A stretch of DNA of 64,000 nucleotides, taken from contig CAVTBU010000009.1 in the NCBI GenBank assembly GCA_963733035.1, positions 192,001 to 256,000 of the forward strand, in the 5' to 3' direction. How positions within the stretch are numbered: the stretch's first letter is position 1; each line of letters starts with the position of its first letter. Position numbers and translations under genes: made by a program. This document shows, one piece after another, positions 49,881 to 61,069 of the stretch. The notes below the pieces were generated by a model that saw nothing but the letters and a program-made list of their open reading frames with translations, was not told the origin of the DNA and did not search any database. The stretch is from Pirellulales bacterium (GTDB taxonomy: Bacteria > Planctomycetota > Planctomycetia > Pirellulales > PALSA-1355).

Positions 49881-50396
49881 CTAAGGCCGGTAATTGCCGC
49901 GGAATGCGTCGCGGCGAATTCTGGTCTCGCGTACGCGGTGGCGACCGATCGTGGCCCAGTTTCGTTGCGCTTCACCGGTGAGCATTTGCAACACCAAGCG
50001 GTGCGGATCGCCGAATGGCCCGACGACGTGTCGCAGGACCAGGCGGGCGGAAGGTTTGGCAACGCGGAGGATTTCGCGAAGCGTCGCAGGCCGCAATGGT
50101 GTACGTTCGACGAGCAGCACATCGACACTGCGATCGGCCAATGGAATGGCCTCACCGCGGCCTTGGATCAAGCGGGGAATGGGCTCACCGCGGTGAACCC
50201 CGAAGGTACGCTTGCGGCTTGGATTCAGGTTCCAGGCCTCGGCATGTCGTCCCTCGCCACCCACGTCGAGCACGAAAACTTGCCTGCTTGTCGGATGCTC
50301 GTCGCCACCCCTCACCGCGCAACCCCTTTCCAGAAAGTCAGTTATCCCGCCGTATACAATCACACTATCCGAACGCTTCGCACGAGCGAACCACAA
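49881..50396 (-). CDS. Small SAM-dependent methyltransferase-fold protein (start uncertain)
   Basis: VLDVGGEG, IPLADRSVD, LREILRVAKP. Confidence 0.5.
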   Translation of the reverse strand: MWFARAKRSDSVIVYGGITDFLERGCAVRGGDEHPTSRQVFVLDVGGEGRHAEAWNLNPSRKRTFGVHRGEPIPRLIQGRGEAIPLADRSVDVLLVERTPLRPATLREILRVAKPSARLVLRHVVGPFGDPHRLVLQMLTGEAQRNWATIGRHRVRETRIRRDAFRGNYRP

Positions 50397-50473
50397 TCCG
50401 CCAGATTCCTGTCACACTTTCCATGGCCGAGTCGTCTCTACTATCGCCTGCCGCTCATCCGGAGAACGAACCT

Positions 50474-50911
50474 ATGGAAACGAATCCGATGCCGCGCAAC
50501 CGACCGCTTATCGTATTGACCGCCCTGTTTTTGGTCCGGCTCGTGGTTAACTTCGTGCATGGCCACGCCCATGATGAATTGGCCGTACCTCTGGCTCCTT
50601 GGCAGAATGCGTTTGTGTGGGCCACGATCATAGTCGGGCCGGTTGTGGCGATAATTTGGTTGTGGGTTCGTCCGAGTGTCGCCGTGGCGTGGAGTTTGGC
50701 GGCAATGTTGGCGGCTGGCTGGCTGTTTGGGCTGTATTTCCATTTCGGCCCGGTCAACCCCGATCACGTTTCCATGCAGCCGCATACCTCAGGCCGACAG
50801 CTGTTTATCGGGACCGCGGCCGCGCTGGCGGTGGTTGAACCGTTGACTGTACTGGCAGCAGTCTGGCTGGCGCGCTCGTTGAACCGGGCAGGGGGCCCAA
50901 AGTATGCCTGA
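50474..50911 (+). CDS. Membrane protein (about 4 TM helices)
   Basis: GGAGA RBS; hydrophobic helices; overlaps the sigma factor start. Confidence 0.7.
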   Translation: METNPMPRNRPLIVLTALFLVRLVVNFVHGHAHDELAVPLAPWQNAFVWATIIVGPVVAIIWLWVRPSVAVAWSLAAMLAAGWLFGLYFHFGPVNPDHVSMQPHTSGRQLFIGTAAALAVVEPLTVLAAVWLARSLNRAGGPKYA

Positions 50912-51804
50912 CGCGACGCTCGAACAGGCTTTCCTCGAAGATCGCCCGCGATTGTTCCAAATCGCCTATCGGATGATGGGTACGGTTTCCGACGCGGAAG
51001 ATGCCTTGCAAGACGTTTTCGTCCGACTGCGGACGGGTGAATTGCAAGTAGTTCGGGCTCCGCGTTCGTACCTGACGCGGGCCATCGTACGGCGCTGCCT
51101 CGACCAGTGGAAGTCCGCGCGTCATCGGCGCGAGCAGTACGTCGGCCCCTGGTTGCCCGAGCCACTCACGGCCATTGAGGGTGGCGATCCAAGCCGGCGC
51201 CAGGAGTTGGCCGACTCGGTCTCGGTGGCCTTCTTAATTGTGTTGGAATCGCTCAACCCGGTGGAGCGGGCGGTGTTCCTGTTGCACGAAGTGTTTCAGT
51301 ACTCGTTCGAAGAAATCGCGATCATCGTCGACAAAACAGCGGCCGCCTGTCGTCAGATCGGACACCGCGCGGGAAAAAGTGCGTGAGCGCCGGCCTCGTT
51401 ATGACGCCTCACCAGAGCAACATCGCGAGTTGGTGCGGCGCTTCATGGATGCCTGCCATGCCGGCGACTTGCAGGAGCTGCAAGCTCTATTGGCCGACGA
51501 CGTCACCGTGTATAGCGATGGTGGCGGCTTGACGCCGGCGGCGCGCGTGCCGGTGGTCGGAATCGACCGTGTGACCCGATTCCTGCTTGGCCTGCGAACC
51601 AAGGCCCAGCGGTTCGGCGTATCGGTTGTGCTGAGGCCGTGTGACGTAAACGGCACGGCAGGCCTCATGCAGCTTGTCGACGGCCGGCTGCACGCCGTGA
51701 TTTCGCTGGAAGCGGACGGCGGCCAAATTCGCCGGATGTTTTCTGTCCTCAATCCTCAAAAGCTCGCCGCGATTGCCGCGCAGCATGATCTCAAAGGAGT
51801 TTGA
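50904..51804 (+). CDS. ECF41/SigJ-type sigma factor with C-terminal SnoaL-like domain, apparent frameshift near 51370
   Basis: AYRMMGTVSDAEDALQD, YVGPWLPEP, ERAVFLLHEVF; then SDGGG and NPQKL in another frame. Confidence 0.88.
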
Positions 51805-51807
51805 GCC

Positions 51808-52320
51808 ATGATTCAGGCGATTCTCAATTGGCAGATTGACAAAACGGAACGACAACTGGGCGTGCCGGCCGACGAGGCCCGCTTCATCGCCTCGGTCTCG
51901 CTGTCGGCAACCTGGCGGTTGGCAAAGTTCGTCAAGATATTGCACTCTGGCAAAGGTCCGCGGCATGCGTTGCATGTCGCGTCGCTGGTGGGCTCGATGG
52001 CCGAAGACTGCGGTTCGTGCGTACAAATTGGCGTCAACCTGGCGCGGCAAGCTGGCCTGCCCCGGGAACAAATCGCCGCCATCGTGGAACGTCGGCCGGA
52101 CGACCTGCCCGAGGAGCTTGCAGCCGTGTATCGATTCGCCGAAGCCGTGACCCTTAACTCGGAGGAGCAGGATGCGTTTCGCGAGGCGGTTCGCCGTCAA
52201 TATGGGGATGCGGGTCTCGTCGAAATTTGCATTGCCGTAGCAATGCACCGGGTATTTCCCACGCTCAAACGCGGCCTGGGCTATGCCAAGTCCTGTTCGC
52301 TCGCGCCCGTCAAAGTCTAA
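51808..52320 (+). CDS. Carboxymuconolactone decarboxylase/AhpD-like protein
   Basis: EDCGSCV, FAEAVT, YGDAGLVE; usual ECF41 neighbour. Confidence 0.7.
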   Translation: MIQAILNWQIDKTERQLGVPADEARFIASVSLSATWRLAKFVKILHSGKGPRHALHVASLVGSMAEDCGSCVQIGVNLARQAGLPREQIAAIVERRPDDLPEELAAVYRFAEAVTLNSEEQDAFREAVRRQYGDAGLVEICIAVAMHRVFPTLKRGLGYAKSCSLAPVKV

Positions 52321-52489
52321 CGGCCCGCTCGGGAATTCGGGCGTTTTTTCGCTCACTTATCTTCCCTGAACAAAACAAGTCCGTACTTACGCTTTTTGAC
52401 GGCCGCCAGCGGCACGGCCCCCGTTTTGCGCGATTGTGAAAACCGCGAACTGGAAATTGTACCCGCGGTGTGTTCGAATAGTAGACGAA

Positions 52490-52945
52490 ATGGAAGCTAC
52501 CGCTCCCTTCAACGCCGAATCCTTCGCGCACTCGGTCAGAAGTTCCGGGTGCCTGTCGCTGCGCGAGGTCGCCCGTGCATTGACGCAACTCTACGACGAC
52601 TTGTTGGCGCCGCTCGGACTGCAGGCGACGGAATTGGGGATACTGCGAGTCTGCGCGGCGTCGGGGCCACTTAACATCGCACAGCTTGCCAGCGAGCTCG
52701 AAGCAACACAGTCGCTGATCCAGAGAGCGCTCAAGCCGCTAGTGGCCAAGGGGCTCATTGCCAAGAAACGAGTTGCCGGACACCGCCACCTGTTGCTGGA
52801 ACTGACACCGGACGGTCGGCAAGCGCTCTTGGCCGGCATCGAGCGGTGGGACCAGGCGCAAGAACAGGTCGTCGACGCGCTTGGCCAGGACGGTTGGCAC
52901 CGCATCAGCCAACAATTGGCGACGCTTTGTAACGTGAATGCCTGA
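52490..52945 (+). CDS. MarR family transcriptional regulator
   Basis: CLSLREVARALTQLYD…LVAKGLI…LTPDG. Confidence 0.85.
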   Translation: MEATAPFNAESFAHSVRSSGCLSLREVARALTQLYDDLLAPLGLQATELGILRVCAASGPLNIAQLASELEATQSLIQRALKPLVAKGLIAKKRVAGHRHLLLELTPDGRQALLAGIERWDQAQEQVVDALGQDGWHRISQQLATLCNVNA

Positions 52946-53056
52946 CGTTCGCGCGGCAAATCGACCGCTGCGGTTGTGCTATCCTGGAGACGCCTTGCCG
53001 CAGGCCGTTCGCGCGAACGCACAACGATCTGCTTGCCAACCAACGGATAGCCGCCC

Positions 53057-54918
53057 ATGTTCAACGCCGCTCTCGTCGCATTCTTGGTTCTTGTCGCTGC
53101 GCCGCCCGGCGAAGCTGGAAAATACTTCGCGATCTCCGTCCTCGACGCGAGCAGTGGGCGTGGCGTTCCGCTGGTCGAACTGCGAACCGTCGACGGCACG
53201 TCGCATTGGACCGACTCGCAAGGACTCGTCGCCTTTCGCGAGCCCGGGCTGATGAACCAAAAGGTATTCTTCCACGTGCGGAGCGACGGCTACGAATTCC
53301 CGGCTGATGGCTTTGGCTTTCGCGGCAAGACGTTGATGACGACTCCTGGCGGATCGGCCACGTTGCGGATCGTCCGCCGCAATGTGGCCGAGCGGCTTTA
53401 TCGAGTCACGGGCGCCGGCATCTATCGCGATAGTGTGTTGCTGGCGCGACAGATTCCCATTGAAGCGCCGCTGCTCAATGCCCAGGTCGCCGGCAGCGAT
53501 AGCGTCAATTCGATTCTGTTTCGCGGGGTGGTGCATTGGTTTTGGGGAGATACGAACCGCCTGGCCTATCCCTTGGGAGCGTTTCATGTTCCAGGCGCGG
53601 TCTCGAAATTGCCTCTTAGAGGCGGGATCGATCCACGGTCGGGTGTGAATTTGGAGTATTACACTCGCCCGGATGGTTTCGTCGCCAATACGGCCGAGAT
53701 GCCTGGCGACGGACCCACGTGGATCGATGGTCTGTGCGTCGCCAAAGACGCCGATGGTCACCAGCAGATGTATGCCAAGTACGTCAAAGTTCGAAATGGT
53801 CTAGACGTTTACGAACGTGGACTGGTGGAATTCGACGCGCAGCGGAAGAGGTTCGAGAAAGTCGTGACGTTTGAATTTCGCGCGCCGCTCTATCCGTTTG
53901 GACACGCCTTGCCGAGGCAGGTGGCAGGCGTCGACTACATCTACTTCGGCAATCCCGAACCACTGGTGCGCGTGCCAGCTACCGAGGAAGCCCTGCGCGA
54001 TCCGGCGCGCTACGAGGCGTTCACCTGTTTGGCGCCGGAAGCACGCCGGACAAGCCGACCATCGAGCGCGATGCAAGCGGCGCTGTGCAATTCAGTTGGA
54101 AACGCAACATGCCGAAGCCGACACACGCCGACCAGGTGCAGTGGCGGCGCGACGGCAAGCTGAAACCGGGCGAAGAGCTGTTAGCGCTGTACGACGTCGA
54201 AACGGGAAAGCCCGTCACGACGCATGCTGGCTCGGCAGCGTACAACACCTTCCGAAACCGGTTCATCATGATCGCCGAGGAAAGTGGCGGCACATCGTAT
54301 CTTGGCGAAATCTGGTATGCCGAGGCCAATTCGCCCCTCGGACCTTGGGTCTATGCCCGCAAGATCGTCACGCATGAGAAGTACAGTTTTTACAATCCCA
54401 AGCACCATGTGATGTTCGATCAGGAAGCGGGCCGGCGGATCTTTTTTGAAGGGACGTATTCCACCTTTTTTTCCGGCGTCGAACAGCCTACGCCGCGATA
54501 CGACTACAACCAGATCATGTACTCGCTGGAACTGAACGATCCGCGGTTGAATCTGCCAGTACCGGTGTACGAAAGTCGGAAAGCGAGCGGGCCACCGCTT
54601 GCGCTCGACGGAACGGGAACACCCATCTGCATGGCTTGCGACCGGTTGACGAAGGGACTGGTCGCCGTGGGAGAAGCGGCCAGCCTGCCGGGGCGTCTTG
54701 TGCTGGGAGCGAACCCGGCGGCCTTCTATGCATGGCCTGCCGATGATAGCGACGCCCCCGCGACGACGGTGAATTTGTTCGAGTGGGAAAACACCGACGA
54801 CGGTCAGTATCAGTATGCCATCGAGGGTGAAACGGCGCCGGCAGGATTCCGCCGGGCTGAAAAACCACTGTGCCGGGTGTGGCGGTATCCTCTGCTGTTC
54901 GATTTGCCGCGCGAGTGA
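53057..54918 (+). CDS. Secreted hypothetical protein, apparent frameshift near 54037
   Basis: Two overlapping ORFs (53057-54163 and 54085-54918) join with one added G (…CLAPGSTPDKPTIERD…). Confidence 0.7.
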
Positions 54919-55065
54919 TGACGGCTGAACTGCCCTTCGTCCGGCTTGCTTTTGACCATCGACTGGAACCGCGCGACAAGGGCGTCTACTTTACCCAGTC
55001 GAGCATTGGGTGGAAAATGGGGCCATTGCCCCCTGAAGCCGCATACCCCCACATTGCCGATCCGC

Positions 55066-56112
55066 ATGGCGTTGCAAACGAATTGCCCGCACTGTCAGAC
55101 GCCTCTGTTGTTGCCCGACGGTTGCGGCAGTCAGACAACTCGTTGTCCCAGTTGCATGCAAATGTTCGTGATTCCTGGCGCGGCTCCGCAGGTGGCGGCT
55201 CCGCCGACTTCGGACCTCGCCCCCGTGGGCGACGAGGAGTTGACCGAAGACGACTTGAAGCGCGCCGAGGAGCGACTGGCGGAACTCACTGCCGAAAACG
55301 TGGGTTTGCAATTGGAGCTGGCCCGGCGGTTGCGACTGCGCAACAAGCTGACGATGCAAACTGTCTGGCTGCGGCGCTTTCAGATGGGCCGCCGGACGCT
55401 CGACCACTCGATCGGTCGCATCGGCGGATTCTTCGTGTCGATCGTGTTGGCGGCGGCACTCGCGATCGTGCTGTTCAGCATCATCGGACTGTCGGCGTTT
55501 GGCTACTTCGTGGTGGTCGTGTTGGCGATGATCGTCACTTGCGTGGTCTACATCCCGTTTTCGTTCTATCCGGACGACGTGCAATTGGCCTTGCTGCTTC
55601 CGCGGCAGGAAGAGCGACTGGCCGATACCACGGCGTCGTACAATCAAATGGTGGCTACGGAAGCCGCCCAGCGCGAGCACCTGGTAGCAGCGGAGGACGA
55701 GTTCAAACGGGTTCGCGCGGCCGTGTCGAGCCGGCTGGCCTGGCTGCGTAAGTGCCAGTGGCAAGCGATGAATGCCAAGACACTGGTCCGGTTCTTGGAG
55801 CAAGTCTTTCAGGAACACGGCTACGCGGTCGAGCAAACCGGCAAGATGGGCCAACAGGGGATCGACTTGGTCGTTACGCGGAGCGGCTCGCGTGTCGCGG
55901 TGCAAGTGAAAGGCATTCAGGTGGGCACCGTCGACGCCCAAGTCGTGCAGCAGACCGACGACGCCAAGGGGCGATTTCAGTGTCCGCGCGCGGCCGTGAT
56001 CACCAACGCCCAATTTCTGCCGTCAGCACGACAATTGGCGGATAAGCTGGGCGTGCAATTAATCGACGCCGGTGGAATTCCGGATTTGATCGAAGGGCAA
56101 GTTGCGTTGTAG
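55066..56112 (+). CDS. Membrane-anchored Mrr-like restriction endonuclease domain protein
   Basis: CPHC…CPSC zinc ribbon, coiled coil, two TM helices, GIDLVV…AVQVK, VITNAQF…LIDAG. Confidence 0.8.
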   Translation: MALQTNCPHCQTPLLLPDGCGSQTTRCPSCMQMFVIPGAAPQVAAPPTSDLAPVGDEELTEDDLKRAEERLAELTAENVGLQLELARRLRLRNKLTMQTVWLRRFQMGRRTLDHSIGRIGGFFVSIVLAAALAIVLFSIIGLSAFGYFVVVVLAMIVTCVVYIPFSFYPDDVQLALLLPRQEERLADTTASYNQMVATEAAQREHLVAAEDEFKRVRAAVSSRLAWLRKCQWQAMNAKTLVRFLEQVFQEHGYAVEQTGKMGQQGIDLVVTRSGSRVAVQVKGIQVGTVDAQVVQQTDDAKGRFQCPRAAVITNAQFLPSARQLADKLGVQLIDAGGIPDLIEGQVAL

Positions 56113-56139
56113 CACGGATGGTTGGCGGGACCAAAATGC

Positions 56140-57504
56140 TCAGATCAATTCGCGAATCGGTTCACCGGTCGAAAGGATGTGTTGTGGCCGGCCGCTGAAG
56201 TCGGGGATCGTGGCCTTGTAGTCGATGCCGAGGTGCCGGTAGATCGTGGCCAGCAGGTCTTGCGGCGTAAGGGGACGTTCGACGGGGTACTCCGCCTTGG
56301 AGGTTGTGGCGCCGATGACCTGGCCCATGCGAAGTCCGCCACCGGATACCAGCGCGCTCTGGGCGGCTGGCCAATGGTCGCGGCCGAGCACGCCCTGGGG
56401 GCTGGCCAGCCGCGGCGTGCGGCCGAACTCGCCGACCGCCACGACAAGCACCTGTTTGTCGAGCCCTCGCTCGTAAACTTCTTCAACGAGCGCCGAAAGC
56501 CCCTGATCCATGAACGGTGCGCGCCAGCGCATCGCTCCTTCCAAATTCCAACCGGTGGCCGGATTGGAGTGGTCGTCCCAGCTGAAATAAATCGGGTTGG
56601 TCGGCACCGGCGAAAGTGCGTCGATCGTGATCACGCTGACGCCGGCCTCGGCCAGGCGGCGGGCAAGCAGGCAGCTTTGTCCCCAAAGGTGCCGGCCGTA
56701 GCGCTCGCGGGTACGATCCGGCTCTTGTGTCAGCGCGAAGGCGTCGGACACGGCGGTGCTGGTGAGCAATTGAAACGCCTGCTGGCGAAACGCGTCGGTG
56801 GCCTCCACGGCCCCGTGCAAATCGTGGGCGCGGCGGTAGCGGTCGAGCTGCGCGACCAGGCCGCGGCGGTCGTCGAGCCGCGCGCCGTCGATGTCGGCGT
56901 CAAGCGTGAGGTTTGGCGGTTTGAAGTCCGCAACAGACGGATTGCCGGCCGCGAACCCGGCGTGCGTCATGCCCAGGTAGGTCGGCTGCACCATGAACGG
57001 CACGCGTGGAATACCAACATAGCCGGGCAGGCCGTCGGGCGTGCCGCCGCGGAGATGGCTGGCAATCATACCGAAGTCGGGATGGTCGCTCTTGGCGGTC
57101 GAGGTGGGATCTTCCTTGAGCGGGGTCTTGCCGGTGAGCAGCTCGATCGAACCGTCGTTGTGGCTCGACATGTTGTGATGCAGCGACCGGATGAGCGAAA
57201 TGCAGTGCCCCAGTTTCGCCTGCATCGGAAACACCTCGCAGACATCGAGCCCCGGCACCGTGGTATGGATCGGCCGCAGGGGACCGCGGTATTCGCTGGG
57301 AGCGTCAGGCTTGCAGTCCCAGGTTTCAAGCTGGCTGGGGCCGCCCCACATCCAAAACAGAATGACCGACCTGGTCGACGCGGAACCACCAGATGCGGCG
57401 CGGGCCTTGAGCAGCGCCGGCAGCGTAAGCCCGCCGAGCGCCAGCGAACCGATACGCAGAAATTCACGGCGACGAATCGGTCCGCGGCAATAGATGGGCT
57501 GCAT
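56140..57504 (-). CDS. DUF1501 domain protein
   Basis: RREFLRIG, GGPSQLETWDCKP, WDDH, GEFGRTP, GRDHW. Confidence 0.9.
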   Translation of the reverse strand: MQPIYCRGPIRRREFLRIGSLALGGLTLPALLKARAASGGSASTRSVILFWMWGGPSQLETWDCKPDAPSEYRGPLRPIHTTVPGLDVCEVFPMQAKLGHCISLIRSLHHNMSSHNDGSIELLTGKTPLKEDPTSTAKSDHPDFGMIASHLRGGTPDGLPGYVGIPRVPFMVQPTYLGMTHAGFAAGNPSVADFKPPNLTLDADIDGARLDDRRGLVAQLDRYRRAHDLHGAVEATDAFRQQAFQLLTSTAVSDAFALTQEPDRTRERYGRHLWGQSCLLARRLAEAGVSVITIDALSPVPTNPIYFSWDDHSNPATGWNLEGAMRWRAPFMDQGLSALVEEVYERGLDKQVLVVAVGEFGRTPRLASPQGVLGRDHWPAAQSALVSGGGLRMGQVIGATTSKAEYPVERPLTPQDLLATIYRHLGIDYKATIPDFSGRPQHILSTGEPIRELI

Positions 57505-57560
57505 CCACGAGACTCCCGAAAGGATTGACCCGCGGAAATCAGTGTAGCAAAACCACGCCG

Positions 57561-59012
57561 CTAGTTCACATCCCCCAGCCCGGCGCGATCGGCGGCTTGT
57601 ACGGCCCAGCGCCAGACAGGATAGACGGCGATGCCGGAGCCGACGACAGCCAGCGCGATCGGCAAGAACTTGAATTGAGCCACCAAAACGAACATCCAGC
57701 CCAGAGCGGCAATGATGCTCGGCAGCGGATAGAGCCACATGCGAAACGGTAGTGCCACATCGGGCCGCGTTTTGCGCAAAAGGTGTAAGCCGGCAATCTG
57801 CCCCAAGAACTGCACGACGATCCGCACGACGACGGCGGCGCTAATCACGGCATCAAGCGAAAAGAAGCAGAATACGCCCGTCAGCGCGCCGAGTGAGACG
57901 AGTGCGACCGTGGGGTAACTTCCGCGCGGGTTCAGATGGCCAAACGCGTTAAAGAAGTCGCCATTGCGGGCAGCGGCGTAGAGAATTCGCGAGTAACCCA
58001 ACGTCATCACGAACACGGAGGCCAATGCCGCCCAAATGATAAAAAAGCTGAAGCCGACGGCCACGTTTCGTCCGTAGAGAATCTCCATGAAGTCGGCCGC
58101 GATATTCTTCGATTCCATCACGCGTTCCCACGGCACCACGCCCATGATGGCGATGTTCATGGTCATATAGATCGCCGCCACGACAAGTACTGAGAACATC
58201 ACAGCCCGGGGAATCGTCTTCTCGGGCTCGACGACCTCGTCGCCCATGTGGCAGACGTTGTAGTAGCCGAGGTAATCGTAAATGGCGATCAACATTGCGC
58301 CGCCGAGGCCCACCGCGAACGCCTTGTCGAGCCGGAATGCATCAGGTGGAAAAGTAATCAGTTCGGCATTGAAATTCAGCAGGCCGGCCACAATCACGAT
58401 CAATGTCGTGATCAAGGTACCGGCACAAAGCACCACGGCCAGCCAAGCCAACGAGCGAATGTGACGGCACAGCGAGATACTGATTGCCACCGCGCCCAAA
58501 GCCGCGATAACACTCAACCAGGAGACGCCGCTGGTGACAAGTTCGCCGTCCGCTCCCGTGGTTTGCCATTCGAAGAGTGAAACATCAATCGACGGCACGG
58601 CGTAGGCCAGGTATCCGGCGGCACCAATGTAGCCGGAGGCGAGCTCCAGTGTGCCGCTAATGAGAAACTGCCAGATAAACAAAAACGCGATCAGGCGGCC
58701 GCCGCGATAGCGACCGTAGATTTCGCGGAGGAAGTGATACGTGCCGCCGCTGCCGGGCATGGCTGCACCCAGCTCGCTCCACACCAGACCATCGCACAAC
58801 ACGAGCACGGCGGCGACGATCCAACCAACCAAGGCTTGCGGCCCGCCCATCGAAGCCACAAACAGCGGAATGGTGATGAACGGCCCCACCCCAACCATGT
58901 TGGCCACGTTAAGCGACGTGGCTTGCACCAGACCGATGCCGCGAACGAGATGTTGCGGTTGCTGGTTGGGATCGGCAGGGGAGGGGGCCGGGGCGGACGA
59001 AAGATCGGACAT
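57561..59012 (-). CDS. APC family amino acid permease
   Basis: NMVGVGPFITIP, ELGAAMPGSGG, GDEVVEPEKTIPRA; about 12 TM helices. Confidence 0.9.
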   Translation of the reverse strand: MSDLSSAPAPSPADPNQQPQHLVRGIGLVQATSLNVANMVGVGPFITIPLFVASMGGPQALVGWIVAAVLVLCDGLVWSELGAAMPGSGGTYHFLREIYGRYRGGRLIAFLFIWQFLISGTLELASGYIGAAGYLAYAVPSIDVSLFEWQTTGADGELVTSGVSWLSVIAALGAVAISISLCRHIRSLAWLAVVLCAGTLITTLIVIVAGLLNFNAELITFPPDAFRLDKAFAVGLGGAMLIAIYDYLGYYNVCHMGDEVVEPEKTIPRAVMFSVLVVAAIYMTMNIAIMGVVPWERVMESKNIAADFMEILYGRNVAVGFSFFIIWAALASVFVMTLGYSRILYAAARNGDFFNAFGHLNPRGSYPTVALVSLGALTGVFCFFSLDAVISAAVVVRIVVQFLGQIAGLHLLRKTRPDVALPFRMWLYPLPSIIAALGWMFVLVAQFKFLPIALAVVGSGIAVYPVWRWAVQAADRAGLGDVN

Positions 59013-59097
59013 GCGCGTTCTCAACGGGGCCGAGCGGAAAGGCCCAGTATACGCGCGCGGCGCGGCAGGTTAAATCGCAAACGGCTGACGCCGGCGA

Positions 59098-60108
59098 CTA
59101 GTAATCCAACTCGCCGAACGTCCGCACGGAGACGAATAGCACCACGACCGCGAATGCCAGCGAGCTGAGCACCGAAAGCGTCATTGAGAAGCCGTGGTCG
59201 GCCAACAGGCTTGGGTCAAACAACTCGCCAAAGTGGTCCTGAGCTCCGAGCGCGTCGTAAAACAGCACACCCAGGTCCGCGGGTTTCGGCAGAATCCAAT
59301 AGCCCACGTCGATAACCCAACTCAGCAGCGGCGAACGTATTGCCTCGCCCGCCATGTCAGTGGAGGTAAAGAACGCATGGCGGCCGAAGTTCATGCTCCA
59401 GGCCACGCACCAGAATACCAGCGAACCGAACACGCACACGACGGTGCTGCGAGTGCAAACCGCCAACAGAACCGAGAACACAAAGAACACCGAAAAGTGC
59501 AACAGCAAAAGCGGAATTGAAAGCAGGTAGGTTGCGTCCCAAAATCCGGTCCGCAGACCGATGGCCGTCCAGGTGCCAACGACAAACAGCAGTGCGTAGG
59601 CTCCGACGAAGGCCAACACACCCAGGTACTTGCCCAGCAGCAGAACCCAACGGGGCGCAGGCTTGGCCAACAGCACGCTGATCGAGCGGGCATCAAGAAA
59701 CGTAGGCAGAAAACCGGCCGTCCAAATCAGCGCCAGCATCAACCCCAGGGTGTCGGCAACGCCCCCGGCCAACAGAAGCTCCAGAAAGTGAATGGCTCCC
59801 GGCTTGTCGCGGGCGATCGGCACGCTAATCGCCCCAAATGCCAGCGTGAGCGTGCCGCCGGCCACGGTCACACCCGATTGCTCAAGCTTGCGAGTTTCAC
59901 CGGCTTCGGCATCGATGCGCGGCAAGAAGTCAGGCGGGTCGCCGCCAATCGACAGCGTATCGGGCCCGGTCACCCCAACTGTCGCGCAAACCGCGATTGA
60001 GAGCAGACTGATTGCGACCAGCACCACCAGAATTCCATTGGCTCGCGCTTGGCGAAACGTGTCGACAACGAGCCAAGTGAGCGTGGATCGAACCGGAGAG
60101 TCCTTCAT
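59098..60108 (-). CDS. ABC transporter permease
   Basis: MKDSPVRS…DTFRQA, LLAKPAPRW…GKYLG; fused in frame to the ATPase in this assembly. Confidence 0.8.
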   Translation of the reverse strand: MKDSPVRSTLTWLVVDTFRQARANGILVVLVAISLLSIAVCATVGVTGPDTLSIGGDPPDFLPRIDAEAGETRKLEQSGVTVAGGTLTLAFGAISVPIARDKPGAIHFLELLLAGGVADTLGLMLALIWTAGFLPTFLDARSISVLLAKPAPRWVLLLGKYLGVLAFVGAYALLFVVGTWTAIGLRTGFWDATYLLSIPLLLLHFSVFFVFSVLLAVCTRSTVVCVFGSLVFWCVAWSMNFGRHAFFTSTDMAGEAIRSPLLSWVIDVGYWILPKPADLGVLFYDALGAQDHFGELFDPSLLADHGFSMTLSVLSSLAFAVVVLFVSVRTFGELDY

Positions 60109-60885
60109 CGTTTCGCTCCCGCGTAGAGGGCCTCGACGGCGACTTTCGAGCGGCTCGTCCGAGCCATCGTGAGTATTTTCGTGTCCCGCCAAACCGGTGA
60201 TCGTTCCCAGGTAGGCCAAGCGTCCACCGCGGAGCACGGCAACGCGGTCGCACAACCGTTTGACATCGGCCAGCGCGTGCGACACGAGAATTACGCTGTG
60301 GCCCTGACGGCGCCGCTCGCAGATGACTTCGTCGAGCAAGCGCCGGGCAGGCAGGTCCATGCCTTCGGCTGGTTCGTCGAGCACCAACAATCTCGGGTCG
60401 TTGACCAAGGCCTGTGCCAGCGCCAACCGCTGCAACATTCCTTTGCTAAACGTTTCGATGGTTTCGCGGCTGCGGTCGGCCAGGCCCACCCGGTGCAGCA
60501 GCTCTTCGGCCCGTCGGCTCAGCACCCCACGGTCGACGCCCGACATGCGGCCGTAGCCTTCGACCAGTTGCCGGGCATTCAAATAGCGCGGGAAGGCAGG
60601 GTTCTCATGCACATAGCCAACTTGCGCCAACGTGGTGCGCTGCGCGATGGACTGCTCCAGCCGCATGACACGACCTTCGCTGGCGCGACAAATCGACAGC
60701 AGGACCTTGACCAAGGTCGTTTTACCAGCTCGGTTCGGACCGATCAGGCCCAAGACTTCGCCCCATCCCACCACCAGGCTCACGTCGTCCAGGGCCACGA
60801 CCGATCGCTGGCTCCAGCCAACGCGATAGACCTTGCTGACATTCTTGAAGACTGCCGCGGCGCAAGCGCCGAGCCGAATATCCAT
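60105..60885 (-). CDS. ABC transporter ATP-binding protein
   Basis: GPNRAGKTT, FSKGMLQR, LVLDEP, VSH; probable true end LEVAVEALYAGAKR* with ATGA overlap. Confidence 0.85.
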
Positions 60886-61069
60886 ATCTCGCTCCTTGTT
60901 CGCGGGTCGAAATGCAGTCCGACCCGTGACAAGGTTAGCTTAAAAATGTCGCGAGAATCGGGCGGGAAGCGCGGCCCAACTGGAAAAACCGCTACGATTG
61001 AGCGACCGGCGGCGCGTGGCGTTTCTCAAACGGCACGGCGCCTCGGGTAAGTCGACGGAAACCGAAAAC

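Noticed and set aside
50474..52320. ECF sigma factor with an AhpD-like neighbour
   Set aside because: Standard ECF41 genomic context; the split ORF is explained by a single indel.
59098..60885. Apparent novel ABC ATPase-permease fusion (595 aa)
   Set aside because: Removing one A (TTT at 60144-60146) gives a typical ATPase end, LEVAVEALYAGAKR*, overlapping the permease ATG as ATGA. Most likely an indel error.
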